From: an uncultured Prevotella sp.
Lineage (GTDB): Bacteria; Bacteroidota; Bacteroidia; Bacteroidales; Bacteroidaceae
Assembly (NCBI GenBank): GCA_945834405.1
Contig: CAMAHD010000002.1
Span: 2,645 to 66,644 of the forward strand
Length of the DNA stretch: 64,000 bases
Direction: 5' to 3'
Part shown: positions 9,907 through 20,200 of the stretch, one piece after another
How positions within the stretch are numbered: position 1 is the first letter of the stretch
How the letters are laid out: the number at the start of each line of letters is the position of its first letter
Program-made: the position numbers and the translations under genes
Notes under the pieces: model-generated
Database searches by the model: none
Told to the model about the DNA's origin: nothing
The model's input: the letters and a program-made list of their open reading frames with translations, nothing else

Positions 9907-10953
9907 GTGAAATATTCAGTCATTGTTCCTGTATTCAATCGTCCTGACGAAGTGGACGAACTTCTGGAAAGCCTTTGCCACCAGAGCATCAAGGATTTTG
10001 AGGTCATTATCGTTGAAGATGGTTCCGTAACGACCTGCGAGGACATCTGCAAAAAATACGAGGAACAACTGGACTTAAAATACTTCATGAAGAAAAACTC
10101 TGGGCCCGGCATGAGCCGTAACTACGGAGCAGAAAGGGCCCAGGGTGATTATTTACTGATACTTGACTCGGACGTAGTAGTGCCTGAAGGTTATCTGCAG
10201 GCCATAGAAACAGAACTGCAACGCAAACCGGCTGATGCTTTCGGAGGTCCCGACAGGGCACACGAATCATTTACTGATACCCAGAAGGCCATCAGCTATT
10301 CCATGACCAGTTTTTTCACCACTGGAGGCATCCGAGGAGGCAAGAAGAAACTCGACAAATTCTATCCTCGCTCATTCAACATGGGTATACGGCGTGATGT
10401 ATACCGACAACTGGGAGGCTTCTCCAAAATGCGGTTCGGCGAGGATATCGATTTTTCCATCCGCATCTTTAAGGCAGGCTGTCACTGCCGACTGTTCCCC
10501 GAAGCATGGGTATGGCATAAGAGACGCACAGACATGCGCAAGTTTTTCAGACAGGTTTTCAATAGCGGCATCGCGCGTATCAATCTGTACAAGAAATACC
10601 CTGAGTCGCTCAAACTGGTTCACCTGTTGCCAATGGTATTCACGGTAGGTATATGCCTGCTCTTTCTCACTGCTTGCTTCGGACGCATCATGATGGTGTA
10701 TGGCAATCCCGATGACTTCTACGGCTGGTATACCCTGGTGGTTTCGGCACTTTCGCCCATCATTCTGTACTCGCTGCTCATCATGGTAGACTCTGCCTTT
10801 CAGAACAAAAGCATCCACATCGGATTCATATCTATAGGAGCGGCTTTTGTACAGCTTACCGGCTATGGACTGGGGTTCATCCAGGCTTGGTGGAGAAGAT
10901 GTGTCAGAGGCAAGGATGAATTTCAGGCTTTTGAAAAAACATTCTACAAATGA
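9907..10953 (+). CDS. Glycosyltransferase family 2 with C-terminal TM helices
   Basis: YSVIVPVFNR, VEDGS, ILDSD (DxD) and FGEDIDFSIR motifs. Confidence 0.9.
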   Translation: MKYSVIVPVFNRPDEVDELLESLCHQSIKDFEVIIVEDGSVTTCEDICKKYEEQLDLKYFMKKNSGPGMSRNYGAERAQGDYLLILDSDVVVPEGYLQAIETELQRKPADAFGGPDRAHESFTDTQKAISYSMTSFFTTGGIRGGKKKLDKFYPRSFNMGIRRDVYRQLGGFSKMRFGEDIDFSIRIFKAGCHCRLFPEAWVWHKRRTDMRKFFRQVFNSGIARINLYKKYPESLKLVHLLPMVFTVGICLLFLTACFGRIMMVYGNPDDFYGWYTLVVSALSPIILYSLLIMVDSAFQNKSIHIGFISIGAAFVQLTGYGLGFIQAWWRRCVRGKDEFQAFEKTFYK

Positions 10954-11639
10954 GCGAGAATCTTTCTATCAACAAATGGGCAGAAGAAGACAGACCTCGC
11001 GAAAAACTGGAGAAACACGGGGCAGAAGCATTGAGCAATGCCGAATTGCTCGCCATTCTGATAGGTTCGGGCAATACGGAAGAAAGTGCCGTAGCACTGA
11101 TGCGCCGCTTGCTGAATGACTGCAACAACAACCTGAATTCTTTGGGCAAGATGAGCATCTCCGAACTGACTGCCTATAAAGGTATGGGACCCGCCAAAGC
11201 CATCACTATCCTGGCCGCCTGCGAACTGGGCAAGCGAAGGGCCATGGTCAAGGTAGAAGAACGCCCTACGCTGAACTCAGCTGCCAGAATCTACGACCTG
11301 ATGCATCCTCACTTGCAGGATCTTGATGTAGAAGAGGCATGGATATTGCTCCTGAATCAAGGAATGAAACTCATCAAGAAAATGAGAATCTCACATGGGG
11401 GCATCAGTGAAACAGCTGTCGATGTCAGACTGATACTCAAAGAGGCTCTGCTGTGCAACGCTACGGTATTGGCATTATGCCACAACCATCCAAGCAACCA
11501 TCTCAAACCCAGTCTCAACGATGACCAACTGACACAGCGCGTCAAAAAGGCTTGCGACACCATGCGCATTCACTTTCTGGACCATCTGATCATTACGGAT
11601 GGTGATTACTATTCCTATCAGGAGAACGGACGATTGTAA
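10950..11639 (+). CDS. radC: RadC family JAB-domain protein
   Basis: DRPREKL, LSNAELLAILIGSG, HNHPS and LDHLII motifs. Confidence 0.95.
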   Translation: MSENLSINKWAEEDRPREKLEKHGAEALSNAELLAILIGSGNTEESAVALMRRLLNDCNNNLNSLGKMSISELTAYKGMGPAKAITILAACELGKRRAMVKVEERPTLNSAARIYDLMHPHLQDLDVEEAWILLLNQGMKLIKKMRISHGGISETAVDVRLILKEALLCNATVLALCHNHPSNHLKPSLNDDQLTQRVKKACDTMRIHFLDHLIITDGDYYSYQENGRL

Positions 11640-11716
11640 AGGAATAAAAAAATATATCGTTTTTTGTCGTTCATTTCAGAAATATTATCTAATTTTGCAG
11701 ATAAAATAGCAGAACG

Positions 11717-12388
11717 ATGACATCAAACGACTTCTTCAAAAAACTTCTCAGCAGATATATTTGGGGAAATCTGCTCGCCATGGCACTTGTTGTGGTGGCT
11801 CTGTGCATGGCAGTAAAGTTCGGACTGAATGCTTACACCCATCACGGAGAATCCATACTGGTTCCTGACCTGCATGGCATGAACGTCGAAAAAGCACGCC
11901 AACTGATGGCATCTTACGGAGTAAGCGTCGAAGTCAGCGACTCTGGCAGAAACAGGGCATTGCCTGCCGACTGCATCCTGCTGCAAAATCCGATAGGCGG
12001 CAGTCATGTCAAGTCTGGACGCACCGTATATGTTACCGTCAACTCTCTCTCATCTCCAATGGTAGCCATTCCCGACATCATCGACAACAGCAGCATGCGC
12101 GAGGCAGAAGCCAGACTGAGGGGGATGGGATTCACACTACTCTCACCCAAGTTTGTTGACGGAGAGAAAGATTGGGTTTATGGCATCGTTTGCCGAGGCA
12201 GACAGCTCACCAACGGCGAGCGCGTTGCCACGGACATTCCCATAGCGTTGATGGTAGGAAGCGGCACTTATGACGACATGGACAACCAACTGGATTACGT
12301 AGACGAAGACGGCGACATCCAGCCTGGCGAAGCAGACGAATTTGAGATAGTTGAAGGACCAGAAGGAACGGAGAGTCCTCAGGAATAA
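11717..12388 (+). CDS. PASTA domain membrane protein
   Basis: N-terminal TM followed by YTHHGESILVPDLHG and a second IPDIID PASTA-like repeat. Usual Bacteroidales context upstream of rluD-ddl. Confidence 0.85.
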   Translation: MTSNDFFKKLLSRYIWGNLLAMALVVVALCMAVKFGLNAYTHHGESILVPDLHGMNVEKARQLMASYGVSVEVSDSGRNRALPADCILLQNPIGGSHVKSGRTVYVTVNSLSSPMVAIPDIIDNSSMREAEARLRGMGFTLLSPKFVDGEKDWVYGIVCRGRQLTNGERVATDIPIALMVGSGTYDDMDNQLDYVDEDGDIQPGEADEFEIVEGPEGTESPQE

Positions 12389-12412
12389 GAGCATTCAGAA
12401 GAACAAGTACGC

Positions 12413-13510
12413 ATGACACAGGTGGAAGACGACATCAATGAATGGGCGGACATGCCCATAGATACAGAGGCTGACGACGAGCAGCAACAGCTTTACGAGC
12501 ACTACCGCTTTGAAGTAGACCGCGGCCAGATACCTGTCCGTGTGGATAAATACATGTTTGAGAAACTGCAACACTCCAGCCGCAACCGCATACAGAAAGC
12601 TGCCGATGCCGGTTTCGTTCATGTGAACGACAAGCCTGTGAAAAGCAATTACAAGGTGAGACCCGGCGACATTGTCACTCTGATGATGGACAGGCCCCAT
12701 TTTGACACGACTATTGAACCAGAAGACATACCTCTGGATGTGGTATATGAGGACGAGCAGCTGATGGTCATCAACAAACCGGCAGGCATGGTGGTACACC
12801 CCGGATGCGGAAACTTCAACGGCACACTGGTCAATGCTATCGCATGGCACCTGAGGAATCTCGCAACCTATGACCCCAACGACCCACAAGTAGGTCTTGT
12901 TCACCGCATAGACAAGGACACCAGCGGACTGCTGGTAGTTGCGAAAACGCCCGAAGCCAAAAGCAGTCTGGGAGTCCAGTTTTACAACAAGACAACACAC
13001 CGAAGCTACAACGCACTGGTATGGGGCAATTTTGTAGAAGAGGATGGCCGCATTGAAGGAAACATAGGTCGCGACCCGAAAGACAGGTTGCGTATGGCGG
13101 TCTTCCCTGCCGACAGTGACATAGGCAAGTCGGCAGTCACACATTATCGTGTACTTGAACGCTATGGTTATGTGACGCTGGTAGAATGTATCTTGGAAAC
13201 AGGACGTACGCACCAGATAAGGGCACACATGAAACATCTGGGTCATCCTCTGTTTGCTGATGAACGCTACGGAGGCATGGAAATATTGAGAGGAGAACGC
13301 ACAGCCAGCTACCGCCAGTTTGTTCAGAATGCATTTCAACTGTGTCCACGCCAAGCCCTCCATGCACGCACCTTAGGCTTTATACACCCCACCACCCACC
13401 AACAGATGGACTTCAGCAGTGCGTTGCCTGTTGACATGGAAGCGCTCATCGCCAAGTGGCGCCGTTATGCCAATCCACCCGGAACAGAAAGCAAGAATAT
13501 GCAACAATAA
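12413..13510 (+). CDS. rluD: RluA/RluD family pseudouridine synthase
   Basis: S4 domain, NKPAGMVVHPG, VHRIDKDTSGLL, ETGRTHQIR and QALHA motifs. Confidence 0.88.
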   Translation: MTQVEDDINEWADMPIDTEADDEQQQLYEHYRFEVDRGQIPVRVDKYMFEKLQHSSRNRIQKAADAGFVHVNDKPVKSNYKVRPGDIVTLMMDRPHFDTTIEPEDIPLDVVYEDEQLMVINKPAGMVVHPGCGNFNGTLVNAIAWHLRNLATYDPNDPQVGLVHRIDKDTSGLLVVAKTPEAKSSLGVQFYNKTTHRSYNALVWGNFVEEDGRIEGNIGRDPKDRLRMAVFPADSDIGKSAVTHYRVLERYGYVTLVECILETGRTHQIRAHMKHLGHPLFADERYGGMEILRGERTASYRQFVQNAFQLCPRQALHARTLGFIHPTTHQQMDFSSALPVDMEALIAKWRRYANPPGTESKNMQQ

Positions 13511-13557
13511 TCACCGCATCAACAACATTACAAAAGAAACACTTATCACAAACCATC

Positions 13558-14571
13558 ATGACAGATTCAAAAAGAACAATAGCCATCGTCTGTGGTGGCG
13601 ACTCCTCAGAACATGATGTCTCCCTCCGCTCCGCTCAGGGACTCTATTCTTTCTTTGACAAGGAGCGTTACAATGTGTATATCGTTGATTTTAATCGTCT
13701 TGACTGGAGGGTCAATCTGCCCGACGGGACTTCTTCTCCCATCGACCGAAACGATTTCTCATTCCAGGAAAATGGACAGACCAAACACTTCGACTATGCC
13801 TATATAACCATTCATGGAACTCCCGGTGAGAACGGATTGCTTCAGGGGTATTTCGAACTGATTGGACTTCCCTACTCCACCAGCAATGTACTGGTAGAGG
13901 CACTGACCTTTGACAAGTTTGTGCTCAACCAGTATCTGCGCGGATTTGGCGTTTCGGTAGCCGACAGTCTGCTCATTAGAAAGGGTTATGAAGAAGTGGC
14001 AAGTGATGATGAGATAGAAGCTCGCATCGGTATGCCATGCTTTGTAAAGCCAGCAGCTGACGGGAGCAGCTTTGGCGTTTCGAAAGTCAAGAACAAAGAC
14101 CAGCTGGCTCCCGCTATCAGAAAGGCTATGCTGGAGAGTTCGGATGTCATGGTCGAATCCTTCCTCGAAGGCACAGAGATATCCATCGGATGCTACAAGA
14201 CCAAGAACAAGTCGGTAGTTCTGCCTGCCACAGAGGTGGTTACTTCCAACGAATTCTTTGACTATGATGCCAAATACAACGGACAGGTCAAGGAAATCAC
14301 ACCTGCTCGTCTGAATCCGGATACAGCACGCCGCGTAGCAGAACTCACCAGTCATATCTATGACATCCTGCGATGCAACGGCATTATCCGCATTGACTAT
14401 ATCATCGGCCGCGGAACAGGCTCAAACGGCGAAGAGGTGGACAAGATTCACCTGCTTGAAATCAACACAACCCCAGGTATGACTCTTACAAGTTTCATCC
14501 CACAACAGGTGAAAGCAGCCGGACTTGAGATGAAGGATGTGTTGACCGACATCGTCGAAAACCAGTTCTAA
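13558..14571 (+). CDS. ddl: D-alanine--D-alanine ligase (start moved to MTDSKRTIAIV)
   Basis: GGDSSEHDVSL, IHGTPGENG, GSSFG, FFDYDAKY and EINTTPGMT motifs. Confidence 0.95.
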   Translation: MTDSKRTIAIVCGGDSSEHDVSLRSAQGLYSFFDKERYNVYIVDFNRLDWRVNLPDGTSSPIDRNDFSFQENGQTKHFDYAYITIHGTPGENGLLQGYFELIGLPYSTSNVLVEALTFDKFVLNQYLRGFGVSVADSLLIRKGYEEVASDDEIEARIGMPCFVKPAADGSSFGVSKVKNKDQLAPAIRKAMLESSDVMVESFLEGTEISIGCYKTKNKSVVLPATEVVTSNEFFDYDAKYNGQVKEITPARLNPDTARRVAELTSHIYDILRCNGIIRIDYIIGRGTGSNGEEVDKIHLLEINTTPGMTLTSFIPQQVKAAGLEMKDVLTDIVENQF

Positions 14572-14612
14572 AACCTTCCACAACTATTGTCTCACTTCAC
14601 AAATCGTTCAAA

Positions 14613-15767
14613 ATGCTTCCTCCCGCAGTATTCGACCCTATCCGCCCCTTCGAGCCGGAAGAACTCCCAGAGGCATACGACCGTCTCTTGGCAGACCCAC
14701 AGTTTCAAACGGTCATCTCATACATCTTTCCCGGCATACCCTTTGAGGCATTGGCTTCTAAGATACGCCTATGCAAGACGAATCTGGAGTTTCAGAAAGC
14801 TCTTTGCTACGGCTTCCTGAAAGACCTGATTCAGAAAGCGAGCCAAGGTTGTACCATGAATGTGTCGGCACTGAACACCCAGCACAGATACACCTTTGTC
14901 AGCAACCACCGTGACATTGTGCTCGACTCTGCCTTTCTGGATGTATTGCTGATAGAAAACGGTTTTGACACAACCTGTGAGATTGCCATTGGCGACAACC
15001 TGCTGGCAGCGCCCTGGATAAAAGACCTTGTAAGAATCAACAAATCGTTCATCGTTGAGAGAAGTGCAGGCATACGTGAGATGCTTGCGTCCAGCAAACG
15101 TATGTCTGAATACATGCACTATGTCATCAACCAAAAGAACGACAACATCTGGATTGCCCAAAGAGAAGGTCGTGCCAAAGACAGCAATGACCGTACCCAA
15201 CAGTCTATCCTGAAAATGATGGCTATGGGAGGAGAAGGCAGTATCAGACAACGCTTGCTGTCGTTACATATCGTCCCGCTTGCCATCAGCTATGAATACG
15301 ACCCTTGTGACTTTCTCAAGGCAAGGGAGTTCCAACTGAAAAGAGACCTACCTGGATGGAAGAAAACCAAACAGGATGATGTAACGTCTATGCAGACAGG
15401 CATCATGGGATATAAGGGGCATATTCACTACCACTGCGCTCCATGCATGGACGCTTATTTAGAACAGTTGGATGATGCCATGCCAAAGGGCGAACTGTTC
15501 GAGACGGTGGCCAAACACATAGACCAGGAGATATTCCGCGGCTATCAGCTCTATCCCAACAACTATGTGGCAGCCGACCTGCTACAGGGAAACGCACAAT
15601 TTGCCGAGCATTATACTTCTGAAGACAGACAACGGTTCGAAGCATATCTGCAGCAGCAGTTGGCAAAGATTACCGACATAGAGAATCCAGATATGGACTT
15701 CCTTCGTGAGAAGATGCTGTACATGTATGCAAACCCACTGTTCAACCAAAAAGAGGCATTGCCATGA
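14613..15767 (+). CDS. Glycerolipid acyltransferase (PlsC/PlsB-like)
   Basis: HxxxxD motif NHRDIVLD and WIAQREGRAKD. Confidence 0.85.
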   Translation: MLPPAVFDPIRPFEPEELPEAYDRLLADPQFQTVISYIFPGIPFEALASKIRLCKTNLEFQKALCYGFLKDLIQKASQGCTMNVSALNTQHRYTFVSNHRDIVLDSAFLDVLLIENGFDTTCEIAIGDNLLAAPWIKDLVRINKSFIVERSAGIREMLASSKRMSEYMHYVINQKNDNIWIAQREGRAKDSNDRTQQSILKMMAMGGEGSIRQRLLSLHIVPLAISYEYDPCDFLKAREFQLKRDLPGWKKTKQDDVTSMQTGIMGYKGHIHYHCAPCMDAYLEQLDDAMPKGELFETVAKHIDQEIFRGYQLYPNNYVAADLLQGNAQFAEHYTSEDRQRFEAYLQQQLAKITDIENPDMDFLREKMLYMYANPLFNQKEALP

Positions 15768-16429
15768 AGTTCATTCGCTCACTGTCTTTAGCTCTTCTCC
15801 TTTCATCCGTCTGTCTGACAGGATGCGAACAGGATTCGTACGACAGCGGTACGGGTCCCAACTCCCTCTTACAGGCAGATTTCGTGGAGTTGAGCGTCAA
15901 CAGTGAGAAACGTATCTATCAGGCAGAAACAGACAATGGAACCCTGCTGTCTTTTGATCACGAGTATCAAATAGATTGGGTAGAAAAGGCTGACACCTCA
16001 TACCGCGCTGTTCTTTACTATAACCTGACTGGTGGAAACGGGACCTGCCGTCCCATTTCTGCCAGTCAGATACCTACATTAGAAATTATTCCGCCCCATC
16101 AGGTGAAGGAGATGAAGACTGACCCTGTCAAGTTGGAAAGTGCGTGGCTCAGCAAACAAGGTAAATACCTCAACATGGGGCTTTATATCATGACATCAGA
16201 GACAACGGAAGAGAGTCCCAAACAGAAGATTGCCATCATCAATGACAGTATCAGGACCAATACTGGCGGAAAACGTATCGCCCACCTAACCTTCTATCAT
16301 GACCAGAACAGTATACCTGAATACTATTCTAAAAAATTATACGTTTCCATCCTATGCGACTCTCTTGATTGCGACTCCATTTGCCTTCATATCAATACCT
16401 ATCAAGGCATCTGGACAAAGACTTTCTGA
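15764..16429 (+). CDS. NigD-like lipoprotein
   Basis: Lipobox LTGC, plus TDNGTLL, RAVLYYN, TDPVKLESAWLS..GKYLN and LTFYHDQN pattern resembling the NigD family. Confidence 0.7.
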   Translation: MKFIRSLSLALLLSSVCLTGCEQDSYDSGTGPNSLLQADFVELSVNSEKRIYQAETDNGTLLSFDHEYQIDWVEKADTSYRAVLYYNLTGGNGTCRPISASQIPTLEIIPPHQVKEMKTDPVKLESAWLSKQGKYLNMGLYIMTSETTEESPKQKIAIINDSIRTNTGGKRIAHLTFYHDQNSIPEYYSKKLYVSILCDSLDCDSICLHINTYQGIWTKTF

Positions 16430-16547
16430 TCTCTTTTCACACCATAACAGACACTTTCACACAGCTGACATCGCAGAATCAGTCTGTTAAAGATGTTAAA
16501 TTATTAAAGTTTTACCATTTTAATGTTTTTTTTCCATAGATTTTCCA

Positions 16548-16555
16548 TATCTTTG
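16548..16555 (+). promoter_or_regulatory. -7 promoter box (TATCTTTG) for the tubulin-like operon
   Basis: TAnnTTTG consensus in an AT-rich intergenic region about 95 nt upstream of the 16651 ATG. Confidence 0.6.
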
Positions 16556-16650
16556 CAAACAGTATATACCTATTATTATATAGGGAATACCGTTGGCTAA
16601 AACGAGCCCACTAAATCTATTAACAGTATCACCAAGAAAAACAAAAAAAT

Positions 16651-17247
16651 ATGTTCGAACTGGTCAGCTTATCATTCTCATGTATCTTATGGGGGGCTTT
16701 AGCCGCTCTGCTCATTGTCGGACTCCTTCTGTTCCTTTTCATGACCATGAGTCGCAAGCAGTTAAGTCCTGTCGGCTATGTTACTGCAGCACTGCTGTTT
16801 ATCCTGCTCACCATCCAAGGAACACTCATCACTGGCGGTTTCAAACTAAAGGGCATGGTAGAAGACATACAGCAGAATGCAGAACTCATGGTTCAGACCA
16901 CAACCACCAGCGTTCAAGATATGGTACCCTCGGAGCAGTCTGAAAAGATATTGAGGAAGCTGGAAAAGGACTACCACATTCCAACCACCTTCCTTAGCGA
17001 CATCCATTTTGACGGCGAGAACCTGCAGGCGATGCCCTCTCTGATAGGTTCCAACATACAGGAGTCCATCAGTGACTATATCATCAGGCGATTCTTCTGG
17101 AGTTTCGGTTTTCTGGTCGTTGCCATTATCGTGATGGCCGTTACACGCGAGACAACAGGTCTTTCCTACTCAGCTCGCAGCCGGAATGCAGGCAGCAGCC
17201 GCAATCAAATACGCCCGACACGTCAAACCCGTCGAATAAGAAGATAA
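16651..17247 (+). CDS. Hypothetical inner-membrane protein (about 3 TM helices, Arg-rich C-tail)
   Basis: Two N-terminal hydrophobic helices, a helical soluble loop, a third TM (FFWSFGFLVVAIIVMAV) and tail RPTRQTRRIRR. A-rich upstream region. Confidence 0.8.
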   Translation: MFELVSLSFSCILWGALAALLIVGLLLFLFMTMSRKQLSPVGYVTAALLFILLTIQGTLITGGFKLKGMVEDIQQNAELMVQTTTTSVQDMVPSEQSEKILRKLEKDYHIPTTFLSDIHFDGENLQAMPSLIGSNIQESISDYIIRRFFWSFGFLVVAIIVMAVTRETTGLSYSARSRNAGSSRNQIRPTRQTRRIRR

Positions 17248-17299
17248 GTTTCAGAGATTACACATATATCAAGACAATAAATATATAAACCCTAATAAT

Positions 17300-20200
17300 A
17301 TGCCACAACAAAGTTTTTGCACCGCTAACCATATTCTGGTTGGATTGGGAGGAACGGGTGGAAAAATTCTCCGCGCGTTCAAGATGAGGATGTTCGAGGA
17401 GTTTCCTACACAGGAAGAACGTGACAAACAGCCTGTAGCACTTCTGTATATAGACTCTACAGACGAGATGATGCCCAAAGATGGCAAAGCACGTGCAGAC
17501 TTCCGTGTGATGGGGCAAGATGCATCCTTTACCAACAACGAGTTCTTGAATATCAAGGCTGTTGACGTGGAACATATTCTGGACCACATCAACAATTATC
17601 CCTCTGTGAAAGGCATTGTCAGCAATGTTTCTGCCGTCAAGTCTGCCATTGGTTCTTTGGGACAGGCTGCCGGACAAAAACGCCGCGCGGGCCGACTGCT
17701 CTTCGCTGCCAATGCTGTAGGATATATCAATACACTGCGTGATGCCAATGCACGCTGCGAACAGATTTCATCCAGCACCAACGAACTGAATATCCATATC
17801 TTTGCCGGCCTATGCGGAGGTACAGGTTCCGGTTCGGTTATCGATGTATTGCTGCAAAGCAGAAAGGCATTCCCCAATGCCAAGATTTCCGTATATGCCA
17901 TGATACCTGAGATGAATCTTCCCAAGGCAGACATGGACCAGGGGCGCTACTACCAGAACGGTTATGCAGCCATGAACGAACTGAACTCCATACAAGCAGG
18001 CCGTTTCTTCCCCCAGGATGTCACAGGAGGCGGAGAGGCTCGTCTTTTTAATGACAGGATTAAGGGCGTGGCAGACGGATTGACCATCTATAGCAACGTC
18101 AATGAAAATGGTCTGACCATCAACTCACTTACTGAGCTGCCCAAAATTGTTAGCGACTATATCTTTGCCCGTATCTTCTTTATCAATGAACAGGATGCAG
18201 TAAACAGTGACATCATCCGTGCCTATAACTTTGAGAACATGGATGATTTCGCCTACGAATATGACGAAGCAGGCATCCCAGATGCCAACGGACGCATACC
18301 CGTGGCACGCACCAAGAAGATCAACACTTTCGGAATCAAACGTGTCATTTATCCCGAACTGCGCGTCCTCAAGCATATCACCTATACCGTAGGAGAAAGT
18401 GTGCTTTACCAATTTAAGTACAACAACTGGCGTGAGAATCAGGGATTTGTCAACGAAGAACGCAACAAGGACTACAGGAAGGAATATCTGAACAAAGATA
18501 ATCTGACACTGTGGATGCTTGATGACCCACACCTGACACTGGAGACAAAGATACTGGAAGCAGATACAGACTATCCCACCTTTAACGACTATTGGCACGA
18601 CAAGGCCATGGGATATGCTGAAGAAGCCAAAAAAGCCAGCTGTCCTTTGAATGAATTGGACAATATCATGGCTGAGTTCTTCGAATCACATTTCCGCGAA
18701 GAAGGTGTTGCCAAATTCTATGAAGGCAAGGAAAGAGTGCTGCCTGAACTCTCACGCGAGATTCGCCATACCATAGAGAGCGGTCTTTTCGAGAAGTGGA
18801 AGATAGGCGACATTTCTATCGTGGAATTGCAGAAAGTTTCTAAACTGTTGCTTGAAAGAATAGGAGAAATCCGCAAGGAGCTGGTTCAGAAGGCCAAAGA
18901 AACGAAGGATAATTACGACGCTATCGATCAGGATTGCAAGGACAATGTCAGCGAATGGAGCAAGCTGAACATTCTGCAGCGCATGGTAAATGTAGGAGCC
19001 CGCAGATATGCTGAACATCAGACATTGCTGACTGACTATTACACCGCCAAGACCATGATGGTTGCCCTGGACTTTGCCCAGAAATTAGCAGCTAAAGTAT
19101 TCATTGAAATAGGCAAGATGGATGCTGACATATCTTCTTTTGCCCAGAAAATCAATGATGCCATTGAAGAAACGGAACGTCTCGTCATGGCACAGCGCAA
19201 GGTGAATAAAGGTTTGGAAGATATGAAGGGAGCCATCATTGAAGTCAGTGAAGAAGAAGGCATGGCTGAATTTGAAACGGATATTCAGATAGACAAGATA
19301 GAAATGCCTAACATCGCCAGACAACTGCGAGAGACCATTCTTCCGAAAGAAGACTTCATCAACTTTGGGCGACTGGCTAATGAAATAAGCATTGACGAGA
19401 TTAAAGATGCATTCGACATCAAGCTTTCAGAGATTATCAAGTCCAAGCATGCAGAAAAAGCAGACAGCGAAGATAAGGTGTTGGGTCTGAACATCTTGAC
19501 GCAACTGCAACAGAAGTTGAAGACTGAAGATGACATCAAGGCTTTCGCTACTACGATTGTAAATCAAAGTGGTGTGTATCTGCGACTTGACAACGACCAG
19601 ATACAGTTGCACCTGCGCAACAACGAAGGGAATCTGAGTCCTACGAATCCTGCCAGCATCAACAAGAAATCCATTTTGGTAAGCATTCCTTCTCCCGACG
19701 AGAACGAAAGCCAGAAGCGCTTTGCTGACAAGTTGGAAAATGCCTTCAAAAACTCATTTAATCAGAGTACAGCCCGCACTACGATTACCGTTAACAGGAA
19801 GAGTCCACGTAAGGACGAGCTATCCATCATTACTGTTGCCTATTGCTTCCCCATGCGTGCCATCGAATGGATGAAGACCTATAAGGAACGTTATGAAAGA
19901 TTCCTGCATACGGGCAATCCATCCACCGATGTGGGTAATGCCATCCTGCTGCACAGCGAAGGCGACGGCAGTCAGCTGGCATCCCTCTATGCCGTTGAGA
20001 ATCCAGAAGAAATCGCACGTGAGAAACTGGCTGAACAGGAGAGGAACAGACAACAGCAACAGCCCGTCACTAACCCTGGCAATCAGTCTACAGTTCTGCC
20101 CGGCACGTCACCCACGCCACCGCCAGTATCTCCAACGCCACCTTCCATTGACCTTCCTCCTGTGGCAGAACCCGAACTCAAATTGTATCTGTACCTGAAC

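Noticed and set aside
10950-11639. radC as a mobile-element marker
   Set aside because: It is the full-length chromosomal type in a housekeeping context, with no integrase or transfer genes nearby.
12395-13363. 322-aa minus-strand ORF
   Set aside because: Antisense shadow of rluD.
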